This document shows, in pieces, positions 53,201-64,000 of a stretch of DNA of 64,000 nt. Position 1 is the stretch's first letter; each line of letters begins with the position of its first letter. Under the pieces are notes generated by a model. The model was not told the DNA's origin, did no database searches, and was given only the letters and a program-made list of their open reading frames with translations. The DNA comes from Auanema rhodensis (taxonomy: Eukaryota > Animalia > Nematoda): positions 25,854,001 to 25,918,000 of the forward strand of contig OZ059900.1 of NCBI GenBank assembly GCA_964057225.1. The letters are read 5' to 3'. Made by a program: the position numbers and the translations under genes.

Positions 53201-56200
53201 TTTTTGTCGTGAAAGTGGAACTAGACGTTGTACGAACAATTTTGAGCTAGGTTTCATTGACATTGCATCAGTTTGAACACATGAAATCGTAAGTCAAAAC
53301 CTTGTTTACAGCGAAATTTCCAAAAACTGGTTTTCCAGCATAATAAAATATTTCTCATGGGAAATACTGTGTTTTTGTATTTTTCCAGTGTTCAACATGT
53401 AAAATGCTTCATTTTAGTATGTAAAACGCTGAAATTCGTTTCATTTGACGACTCATATGAACAAAAATCGATTTAATCAATATTAGCCATAAGGGGCGTG
53501 CCCTCAGAATATGCTAATTTCCTTAATTTTCTAACCCCTGTTTTTTTGTCGTGAAAGTGGAACTAGACGTTGTACGAACAATTTTGAGCTAGGTTTCATT
53601 GACATTGCATGAGTTTGAACACATGAAATCGTAAGTCAAAACCTTGTTTACAGCGAAATTTCCAAAAACTGGTTTTCCAGCATAATAAAATATTTCTCAT
53701 GGGAAATACTGTGTTTTTGTATTTTTCTAGTGTTCAGCATGTAAAATGCTTCATTTTAGTATGTAACACGCTGAAATTCGTTGCATTTGACGACTCATAT
53801 GAACAAAAATCGATTTAATCAATATTAGCCATAAGGGGCGTGCCCTCAGAATATGCTAATTTCCTTAATTTTCTAACCCCTGTTTTTTTGTCGTGAAAGT
53901 GGAACTAGACGTTGTACGAACAATTTTGAGCTAGGTTTCATTGACATTGCATCAGTTTGAACACATGAAATCGTAAGTCAAAACCTTGTTTACAGCGAAA
54001 TTTCCAAAAACTGGTTTTCCAGCATAATAAAATATTTCTCATGGGAAATACTGTGTTTTTGTATTTTTCTAGTGTTCAGCATGTAAAATGCTTCATTTTA
54101 GTATGTAACACGCTGAAATTCGTTGCATTTGACGACTCATATGAACAAAAATCGATTTAATCAATATTAGCCATAAGGGGCGTGCCCTCAGAATATGCTA
54201 ATTTCCTTAATTTTCTAACCCCTGTTTTTTTGTCGTGAAAGTGGAACTAGACGTTGTACGAACAATTTTGAGCTAGGTTTCATTGACATTGCATGAGTTT
54301 GAACACATGAAATCGTAAGTCAAAACCTTGTTTACAGCGAAATTTCCAAAAACTGGTTTTCCAGCATAATACAATATTTCTCATGGGAAATACTGTGTTT
54401 TTGTATTTTTCTAGTGTTCAGAATGTAGAATGCTTCATTTTGATATGTAAAACGCTGAAATTCGTTGCATTTGACGACTCATATGAACAAAAATCGATTT
54501 TATCAATATTAGCCATAAGGGGCGTGCCCTCAGAATATGCTAATTTCCTTAATTTTCTAAACCCTGTTTTTTTGTCGTGAAAGTGGAACTAGACGTTGTA
54601 CGAACAATTTTGAGCTAGGTTTCATTGACATTGCATGAGTTTGAACACATGAAATCGTAAGTCAAAACCTTGTTTACAGCGAAATTTCCAAAAACTGGTT
54701 TTCCAGCATAATACAATATTTCTCATGGGAAATACTGTGTTTTTGTATTTTTCTAGTGTTCAGCATGTAAAATGCTTCATTTTAGTATGTAACACGCTGA
54801 AATTCGTTGCATTTGACGACTCATATGAACAAAAATCGATTTAATCAATATTAGCCATAAGGGGCGTGCCCTCAGAATATGCTAATTTCCTTAATTTTCT
54901 AACCCCTGTTTTTTTGTCGTGAAAGTGGAACTAGACGTTGTACGAACAATTTTGAGCTAGGTTTCATTGACATTGCATGAGTTTGAACACATGAAATCGT
55001 AAGTCAAAACCTTGTTTACAGCGAAATTTCCAAAAACTGGTTTTCCAGCATAATACAATATTTCTCATGGGAAATACTGTGTTTTTGTATTTTTCTAGTG
55101 TTCAGAATGTAGAATGCTTCATTTTAGTATGTAACACGCTGAAATTCGTTGCATTTGACGACTCATATGAACAAAAATCGATTTAATCAATATTAGCCAT
55201 AAGGGGCGTGCCCTCAGAATATGCTAATTTCCTTAATTTTCTAAACCCTGTTTTTTTGTCGTGAAAGTGGAACTAGACGTTGTACGAACAATTTTGAGCT
55301 AGGTTTCATTGACATTGCATGAGTTTGAACACATGAAATCGTAAGTCAAAACCTTGTTTACAGCGAAATTTCCAAAAACTGGTTTTCCAGCATAATAAAA
55401 TATTTCTCATGGGAAAAACTGTGTTTTTGTATTTTTCTAGTGTTCAGCATGTAAAATGCTTCATTTTAGTATGTAACACGCTGAAATTTGTTGCATTTGA
55501 CGACTCATATGAACAAAAATCGATTTAATCAATATTAGCCATAAGGGGCGTGCCCTCAGAATATGCTAATTTCCTTAATTTTCTAACCCCTGTTTTTTTG
55601 TCGTGAAAGTGGAACTAGACGTTGTACGAACAATTTTGAGCTAGGTTTCATTGACATTGCATGAGTTTGAACACATGAAATCGTAAGTCAAAACCTTGTT
55701 CACAGCGAAATTTCCAAAAACTGGTTTTCCAGCATAATAAAATATTTCTCAAGGGAAAAACTGTGTTTTTATATTTTTCTAGTGTTCAGCATGTGAAATG
55801 CTTTATTTTAGTATGTAACACGCTGAAATTTGTTGCATTTGACGACTCATATGAACAAAAATCGATTTAATCAATATTAGCCATAAGGGGCGTGCCCTCA
55901 GAATATGCTAATTTCCTTAATTTTCTAACCCCTGTTTTTTTGTCGTGAAAGTGGAACTAGACGTTGTACGAACAATTTTGAGCTAGGTTTCATTGACATT
56001 GCATGAGTTTGAACACATGAAATCGTAAGTCAAAACCTTGTTTACAGCGAAATTTCCAAAAACTGGTTTTCCAGCATAATAAAATATTTCTCAAGGGAAA
56101 AACTGTGTTTTTATATTTTTCTAGTGTTCAGCATGTGAAATGCTTTATTTTAGTATGTAACACGCTGAAATTTGTTGCATTTGACGACTCATATGAACAA

Positions 56201-58828
56201 AAATCGATTTAATCAATATTAGCCATAAGGGGCGTGCCCTCAGAATATGCTAATTTCCTTAATTTTCTAACCCCTGTTTTTTTGTCGTGAAAGTGGAACT
56301 AGACGTTGTACGAACAATTTTGAGCTAGGTTTCATTGACATTGCATGAGTTTGAACACATGAAATCGTAAGTCAAAACCTTGTTTACAGCGAAATTTCCA
56401 AAAACTGGTTTTCCAGCATAATACAATATTTCTCATGGGAAATACTGTGTTTTTGTATTTTTCTAGTGTTCAGAATGTAGAATGCTTCATTTTGATATGT
56501 AAAACGCTGAAATTCGTTGCATTTGACGACTCATATGAACAAAAATCGATTTAATCAATATTAGCCATAAGGGGCGTGCCCTCAGAATATGCTAATTTCC
56601 TTAATTTTCTAACCCCTGTTTTTTTGTCGTGAAAGTGGAACTAGACGTTGTACGAACAATTTTGAGCTAGGTTTCATTGACATTGCATGAGTTTGAACAC
56701 ATGAAATCGTAAGTCAAAACCTTGTTTACAGCGAAATTTCCAAAAACTGGTTTTCCAGCATAATAAAATATTTCTCATGGGAAATACTGTGTTTTTGTAT
56801 TTTTCTAGTGTTCAGCATGTAAAATGCTTCATTTTAGTATGTAACACGCTGAAATTCGTTGCATTTGACGACTCATATGAACAAAAATCGATTTAATCAA
56901 TATTAGCCATAAGGGGCGTGCCCTCAGAATATGCTAATTTCCTTAATTTTCTAACCCCTGTTTTTTTGTCGTGAAAGTGGAACTAGACGTTGTACGAACA
57001 ATTTTAAGCTAGGTTTCATTGACATTGCATGAGTTTGAACACATGAAATCGTAAGTCAAAACCTTGTTTACAGCGAAATTTCCAAAAACTGGTTTTCCAG
57101 CATAATACAATATTTCTCATGGGAAATACTGTGTTTTTGTATTTTTCTAGTGTTCAGAATGTAGAATGCTTCATTTTGATATGTAAAACGCTGAAATTCG
57201 TTGCATTTGACGACTCATATGAACAAAAATCGATTTTATCAATATTAGCCATAAGGGGCGTGCCCTCAGAATATGCTAATTTCCTTAATTTTCTAAACCC
57301 TGTTTTTTTGTCGTGAAAGTGGAACTAGACGTTGTACGAACAATTTTGAGCTAGGTTTCATTGACATTGCATGAGTTTGAACACATGAAATCGTAAGTCA
57401 AAACCTTGTTTACAGCGAAATTTCCAAAAACTGGTTTTCCAGCATAATAAAATATTTCTCATGGGAAATACTGTGTTTTTGTATTTTTCTAGTGTTCAGC
57501 ATGTAAAATGCTTCATTTTAGTATGTAACACGCTGAAATTCGTTGCATTTGACGACTCATATGAACAAAAATCGATTTAATCAATATTAGCCATAAGGGG
57601 CGTGCCCTCAGAATATGCTAATTTCCTTAATTTTCTAACCCCTGTTTTTTTGTCGTGAAAGTGGAACTAGACGTTGTACGAACAATTTTGAGCTAGGTTT
57701 CATTGACATTGCATCAGTTTGAACACATGAAATCGTAAGTCAAAACCTTGTTTACAGCGAAATTTCCAAAAACTGGTTTTCCAGCATAATAAAATATTTC
57801 TCATGGGAAATACTGTGTTTTTGTATTTTTCCAGTGTTCAACATGTAAAATGCTTCATTTTAGTATGTAAAACGCTGAAATTCGTTTCATTTGACGACTC
57901 ATATGAACAAAAATCGATTTAATCAATATTAGCCATAAGGGGCGTGCCCTCAGAATATGCTAATTTCCTTAATTTTCTAACCCCTGTTTTTTTGTCGTGA
58001 AAGTGGAACTAGACGTTGTACGAACAATTTTGAGCTAGGTTTCATTGACATTGCATGAGTTTGAACACATGAAATCGTAAGTCAAAACCTTGTTTACAGC
58101 GAAATTTCCAAAAACTGGTTTTCCAGCATAATAAAATATTTCTCATGGGAAATACTGTGTTTTTGTATTTTTCTAGTGTTCAGCATGTAAAATGCTTCAT
58201 TTTAGTATGTAACACGCTGAAATTCGTTGCATTTGACGACTCATATGAACAAAAATCGATTTAATCAATATTAGCCATAAGGGGCGTGCCCTCAGAATAT
58301 GCTAATTTCCTTAATTTTCTAACCCCTGTTTTTTTGTCGTGAAAGTGGAACTAGACGTTGTACGAACAATTTTGAGCTAGGTTTCATTGACATTGCATCA
58401 GTTTGAACACATGAAATCGTAAGTCAAAACCTTGTTTACAGCGAAATTTCCAAAAACTGGTTTTCCAGCATAATAAAATATTTCTCATGGGAAATACTGT
58501 GTTTTTGTATTTTTCTAGTGTTCAGCATGTAAAATGCTTCATTTTAGTATGTAACACGCTGAAATTCGTTGCATTTGACGACTCATATGAACAAAAATCG
58601 ATTTAATCAATATTAGCCATAAGGGGCGTGCCCTCAGAATATGCTAATTTCCTTAATTTTCTAACCCCTGTTTTTTTGTCGTGAAAGTGGAACTAGACGT
58701 TGTACGAACAATTTTGAGCTAGGTTTCATTGACATTGCATGAGTTTGAACACATGAAATCGTAAGTCAAAACCTTGTTTACAGCGAAATTTCCAAAAACT
58801 GGTTTTCCAGCATAATAAAATATTTCTC
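50279..58828. repeat. Large duplication with 13-monomer (4446-bp) period; ~12 monomers match
   Basis: Rare variants recur 4446 bp apart: ATTTTAAGCT (monomers 52331/56777), TTCCAGTG+CGTTTCATTT (53357/57803), the C-C pair (51305,51647/55751,56093), and ORFs 52673/57119. Confidence 0.92.
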
Positions 58829-60380
58829 ATGGGAAATACTGTGTTTTTGTATTTTTCTAGTGTTCAGCATGTAAAATGCTTCATTTTAGTATGTAACACG
58901 CTGAAATTCGTTGCATTTGACGACTCATATGAACAAAAATCGATTTAATCAATATTAGCCATAAGGGGCGTGCCCTCAGAATATGCTAATTTCCTTAATT
59001 TTCTAACCCCTGTTTTTTTGTCGTGAAAGTGGAACTAGACGTTGTACGAACAATTTTGAGCTAGGTTTCATTGACATTGCATGAGTTTGAACACATGAAA
59101 TCGTAAGTCAAAACCTTGTTTACAGCGAAATTTCCAAAAACTGGTTTTCCAGCATAATACAATATTTCTCATGGGAAATACTGTGTTTTTGTATTTTTCT
59201 AGTGTTCAGAATGTAGAATGCTTCATTTTGATATGTAAAACGCTGAAATTCGTTGCATTTGACGACTCATATGAACAAAAATCGATTTTATCAATATTAG
59301 CCATAAGGGGCGTGCCCTCAGAATATGCTAATTTCCTTAATTTTCTAAACCCTGTTTTTTTGTCGTGAAAGTGGAACTAGACGTTGTACGAACAATTTTG
59401 AGCTAGGTTTCATTGACATTGCATGAGTTTGAACACATGAAATCGTAAGTCAAAACCTTGTTTACAGCGAAATTTCCAAAAACTGGTTTTCCAGCATAAT
59501 AAAATATTTCTCATGGGAAATACTGTGTTTTTGTATTTTTCTAGTGTTCAGCATGTAAAATGCTTCATTTTAGTATGTAACACGCTGAAATTCGTTGCAT
59601 TTGACGACTCATATGAACAAAAATCGATTTAATCAATATTAGCCATAAGGGGCGTGCCCTCAGAATATGCTAATTTCCTTAATTTTCTAACCCCTGTTTT
59701 TTTGTCGTGAAAGTGGAACTAGACGTTGTACGAACAATTTTGAGCTAGGTTTCATTGACATTGCATGAGTTTGAACACATGAAATCGTAAGTCAAAACCT
59801 TGTTTACAGCGAAATTTCCAAAAACTGGTTTTCCAGCATAATAAAATATTTCTCATGGGAAATACTGTGTTTTTGTATTTTTCTAGTGTTCAGCATGTAA
59901 AATGCTTCATTTTAGTATGTAACACGCTGAAATTCGTTGCATTTGACGACTCATATGAACAAAAATCGATTTAATCAATATTAGCCATAAGGGGCGTGCC
60001 CTCAGAATATGCTAATTTCCTTAATTTTCTAACCCCTGTTTTTTTGTCGTGAAAGTGGAACTAGACGTTGTACGAACAATTTTGAGCTAGGTTTCATTGA
60101 CATTGCATGAGTTTGAACACATGAAATCGTAAGTCAAAACCTTGTTTACAGCGAAATTTCCAAAAACTGGTTTTCCAGCATAATACAATATTTCTCATGG
60201 GAAATACTGTGTTTTTGTATTTTTCTAGTGTTCAGAATGTAGAATGCTTCATTTTGATATGTAAAACGCTGAAATTCGTTGCATTTGACGACTCATATGA
60301 ACAAAAATCGATTTTATCAATATTAGCCATAAGGGGCGTGCCCTCAGAATATGCTAATTTCCTTAATTTTCTAAACCCTG

Positions 60381-60386
60381 TTTTTT
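60381..60386. other. 1-bp deletion in T7 run (341-bp monomer)
   Basis: CCCTGTTTTTTGTCG (T6) versus T7 elsewhere; downstream phase shifts by -1. It creates the one-off 84-aa and 70-aa ORFs. Confidence 0.9.
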
Positions 60387-61905
60387 GTCGTGAAAGTGGA
60401 ACTAGACGTTGTACGAACAATTTTGAGCTAGGTTTCATTGACATTGCATGAGTTTGAACACATGAAATCGTAAGTCAAAACCTTGTTTACAGCGAAATTT
60501 CCAAAAACTGGTTTTCCAGCATAATAAAATATTTCTCATGGGAAATACTGTGTTTTTGTATTTTTCTAGTGTTCAGCATGTAAAATGCTTCATTTTAGTA
60601 TGTAACACGCTGAAATTCCTTGCATTTGACGACTCATATGAACAAAAATCGATTTAATCAATATTAGCCATAAGGGGCGTGCCCTCAGAATATGCTAATT
60701 TCCTTAATTTTCTAACCCCTGTTTTTTTGTCGTGAAAGTGGAACTAGACGTTGTACGAACAATTTTGAGCTAGGTTTCATTGACATTGCATGAGTTTGAA
60801 CACATGAAATCGTAAGTCAAAACCTTGTTTACAGCGAAATTTCCAAAAACTGGTTTTCCAGCATAATAAAATATTTCTCATGGGAAATACTGTGTTTTTG
60901 TATTTTTCTAGTGTTCAGCATGTAAAATGCTTCATTTTAGTATGTAACACGCTGAAATTCGTTGCATTTGACGACTCATATGAACAAAAATCGATTTAAT
61001 CAATATTAGCCATAAGGGGCGTGCCCTCAGAATATGCTAATTTCCTTAATTTTCTAACCCCTGTTTTTTTGTCGTGAAAGTGGAACTAGACGTTGTACGA
61101 ACAATTTTGAGCTAGGTTTCATTGACCTTGCATGAGTTTGAACACATGAAATCGTAAGTCAAAACCTTGTTTACAGCGAAATTTCCAAAAACTGGTTTTC
61201 CAGCATAATAAAATATTTCTCATGGGAAATACTGTGTTTTTGTATTTTTCTAGTGTTTAGCATGTAAAATGCTTCATTTTAGTATGTAACACGCTGAAAT
61301 TCGTTGCATTTGACGACTCATATGAACAAAAATCGATTTAATCAATATTAGCCATAAGGGGCGTGCCCTCAGAATATGCTAATTTCCTTAATTTTCTAAC
61401 CCCTGTTTTTTTGTCGTGAAAGTGGAACTAGACGTTGTACGAACAATTTTGAGCTAGGTTTCATTGACATTGCATGAGTTTGAACACATGAAATCGTAAG
61501 TCAAAACCTTGTTTACAGCGAAATTTCCAAAAACTGGTTTTCCAGCATAATAAAATATTTCTCATGGGAAATACTGTGTTTTTGTATTTTTTTAGTGTTC
61601 AGCATGTAAAATGCGTCATTTCAGTATGTAAAACGCTGAAATTCGTTGCATTTGACGACTCATATGAACAAAAAGCGATTTAATCAATATTAGCCATAAG
61701 GGGCGTGCCCTCAGAATATGCTAATTTCCTTAATTTTCTAACCCCTGTTTTTTTGTCGTGAAAGTGGAACTAGACGTTGTACGAACAATTTTGAGCTAGG
61801 TTTCATTGACATTGCATGAGTTTGAACACATGAAATCGTAAGTCAAAACCTTGTTTACAGCGAAATTTCCAAAAACTGGTTTTCCAGCATAATAAAATAT
61901 TTCTC

Positions 61906-63957
61906 ATGGGAAATACTGTGTTTTTGTATTTTTTTAGTGTTCAGCATGTAAAATGCGTCATTTTAGTATGTAAAACGCTGAAATTCGTTGCATTTGACGA
62001 CTCATATGAACAAAAATCGATTTAATCAATATTAGCCATAAGGGGCGTGCCCTCAGAATATGCTGATTTCCTTAATTTTCTAACCCCTGTTTTTTTGTCG
62101 TGAAAGTGGAACTAGACGTTGTACGAACAATTTTGAGCTAGGTTTCATTGACATTGCATGAGTTTGAACACATGAAATCGTAAGTCAAAACCTTGTTTAC
62201 AGCGAAATTTCCAAAAACTGGTTTTCCAGCATAATACAATATTTCTCATGGGAAATACTGTGTTTTTGTATTTTTCTAGTGTTCAGAATGTAGAATGCTT
62301 CATTTTAGTATGTAACACGCTGAAATTCGTTGCATTTGACGACTCATATGAACAAAAATCGATTTAATCAATATTAGCCATAAGGGGCGTGCCCTCAGAA
62401 TATGCTAATTTCCTTAATTTTCTAACCCCTGTTTTTTTGTCGTGAAAGTGGAACTAGACGTTGTACGAACAATTTTGAGCTAGGTTTCATTGACATTGCA
62501 TGAGTTTGAACACATGAAATCGTAAGTCAAAACCTTGTTTACAGCGAAATTTCCAAAAACTGGTTTTCCAGCATAATAAAATATTTCTCATGGGAAATAC
62601 TGTGTTTTTGTATTTTTCTAGTGTTCAGCATGTTAAATGCTTCATTTTAGTATGTAACACGCTGAAATTCGTTGCATTTGACGACTCATATGAACAAAAA
62701 TCGATTTAATCAATATTAGCCATAAGGGGCGTGCCCTCAGAATATGCTAATTTCCTTAATTTTCTAACCCCTGTTTTTTTGTCGTGAAAGTGGAACTAGA
62801 CGTTGTACGAACAATTTTGAGCTAGGTTTCATTGACATTGCATGAGTTTGAACACATGAAATCGTAAGTCAAAACCTTGTTTACAGCGAAATTTCCAAAA
62901 ACTGGTTTTCCAGCATAATAAAATATTTCTCATGGGAAATACTGTGTTTTTGTATTTTTTTAGTGTTCAGCATGTAAAATTCGTCATTTTAGTATGTAAA
63001 ACGCTGAAATTCGTTGCATTTGACGACTCATATGAACAAAAATCGATTTTATCAATATTAGCCATAAGGGGTGTGCCCTCAGAATATGCTGATTTCCTTA
63101 ATTTTCTAACCCCTGTTTTTTTGTCGTGAAAGTGGAACTAGACGTTGTACGAACAATTTTGAGCTAGGTTTCATTGACATTGCTTGAGTTTGAACACATG
63201 AAATCGTAAGTCAAAACCTTGTTTACAGCGAAATTTCCAAAAACTGGTTTTCCAGCATAATACAATATTTCTCATGGGAAATACTGTGTTTTTGTATTTT
63301 TCTAGTGTTCAGAATGTAGAATGCTTCATTTTAGTATGTAACACGCTGAAATTCGTTGCATTTGACGACTCATATGAACAAAAATCGATTTAATCAATAT
63401 TAGCCATAAGGGGCGTGCCCTCAGAATATGCTAATTTCCTTAATTTTCTAACCCCTGTTTTTTTGTCGTGAAAGTGGAACTAGACGTTGTACGAACAATT
63501 TTGAGCTAGGTTTCATTGACATTGCATGAGTTTGAACACATGAAATCGTAAGTCAAAACCTTGTTTACAGCGAAATTTCCAAAAACTGGTTTTCCAGCAT
63601 AATAAAATATTTCTCATGGGAAATACTGTGTTTTTGTATTTTTCTAGTGTTCAGCATGTTAAATGCTTCATTTTAGTATGTAACACGCTGAAATTCCTTG
63701 CATTTGACGACTCATATGAACAAAAATCGATTTAATCAATATTAGCCATAAGGGGCGTGCCCTCAGAATATGCTAATTTCCTTAATTTTCTAACCCCTGT
63801 TTTTTTGTCGTGAAAGTGGAACTAGACGTTGTACGAACAATTTTGAGCTAGGTTTCATTGACATTGCATGAGTTTGAACACATGAAATCGTAAGTCAAAA
63901 CCTTGTTTACAGCGAAATTTCCAAAAACTGGTTTTCCAGCATAATAAAATATTTCTC
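61906..63957. repeat. Diverged trimer (A-type, CAGAATGTAG-type, TGTTAAATG-type) x2, a third copy starting at 63958
   Basis: The rare CATGTTAAATG variant is in monomers 62590 and 63616 (1026 apart). A-type monomers start at 61906, 62932 and 63958. Confidence 0.78.
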
Positions 63958-64000
63958 ATGGGAAATACTGTGTTTTTGTATTTTTTTAGTGTTCAGCATG

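Larger units (their letters stand above)
1..64000. repeat. Tandem satellite DNA array, 342-bp monomer, ~187 head-to-tail copies, probably centromeric/pericentromeric; continues beyond both window edges
   Basis: The same unit (e.g. 339-680, ATGGGAAATACTGTG...AATATTTCTC) recurs every 342 bp. ORF-track starts confirm the phase: 12651-339=36x342; 14023-12651=4x342+4; 17447-14023=10x342+4; 60197-17447=125x342; 62932-60197=8x342-1. Copies differ by only a few substitutions. Centromeric location is inferred from homogeneity and length, not shown. Confidence 0.98.

Noticed and set aside
60197-60451. 84-aa (+) and 70-aa (-) ORFs
   Set aside because: Both result from the single T deletion at 60381-60386, which could itself be a homopolymer sequencing error.
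339-63129. Repeated 65-aa ORF (MGNTVFLYF...PVFLS) as a tandem gene family or phase-variable peptide system
   Set aside because: It is open in only about 42 of ~187 monomers. The majority allele has an in-frame TAA (ATTTAATC), and C-type monomers lack the ATG. I recognise no domain, the F/L/I/K bias reflects A/T tracts, and variation is concentrated in the ORF rather than depleted.
1-64000. CRISPR array or repeat-spacer cassette system
   Set aside because: There are no unique spacers. The variable part differs only by scattered SNPs, and there are no cas, recombinase or RT genes.
1-64000. 5S rRNA, tRNA or snRNA tandem gene cluster
   Set aside because: I see no recognisable 5S/tRNA sequence, Pol III A/B/C boxes or cloverleaf, and the GC content is too low.
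1-64000. Rolling-circle or PCR concatemer artefact
   Set aside because: Variants are linked into recurring haplotypes with nested duplications and regional domains, which random amplification error of one template would not produce. Local mis-assembly of individual blocks cannot be excluded.
1-64000. Hidden transposon insertion or inversion within the array
   Set aside because: Phase arithmetic accounts for every base (+4, +4, -1), and all monomers read in the same orientation.

Overview
The whole 64 kb window is one uninterrupted head-to-tail tandem array of a 342-bp AT-rich monomer. It holds about 187 copies in the same orientation, is about 34% GC by hand count of monomer 339-680, and runs off both ends of the window. 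This is most consistent with eukaryotic satellite DNA, probably (peri)centromeric. I cannot assign the family or organism from sequence alone. I found no genes, RNA genes, transposons or CRISPR spacers. The 65-aa ORFs are a by-product of the repeat: one TAA/TTA polymorphism opens or closes the frame. Only three length changes occur in 64 kb: two copies of a +4 complex indel (13471, 15869) and a 1-bp T-run deletion (~60381). The interesting information is in the variant pattern. It shows (i) local multi-monomer duplications (periods of 3, 4, 8, 13 and 15 monomers) rather than one global higher-order repeat, (ii) a layered layout in which an 'A-type' monomer family flanks a ~41 kb central domain that lacks it, (iii) in-register recombinant monomers, and (iv) sharply separated variable and invariant parts of the monomer. 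The monomer itself is dense in short dyad symmetries, has ~10-bp phased A/T tracts, and may derive from an ancient 171-bp dimer. I do not see evidence for a novel protein-coding system here.
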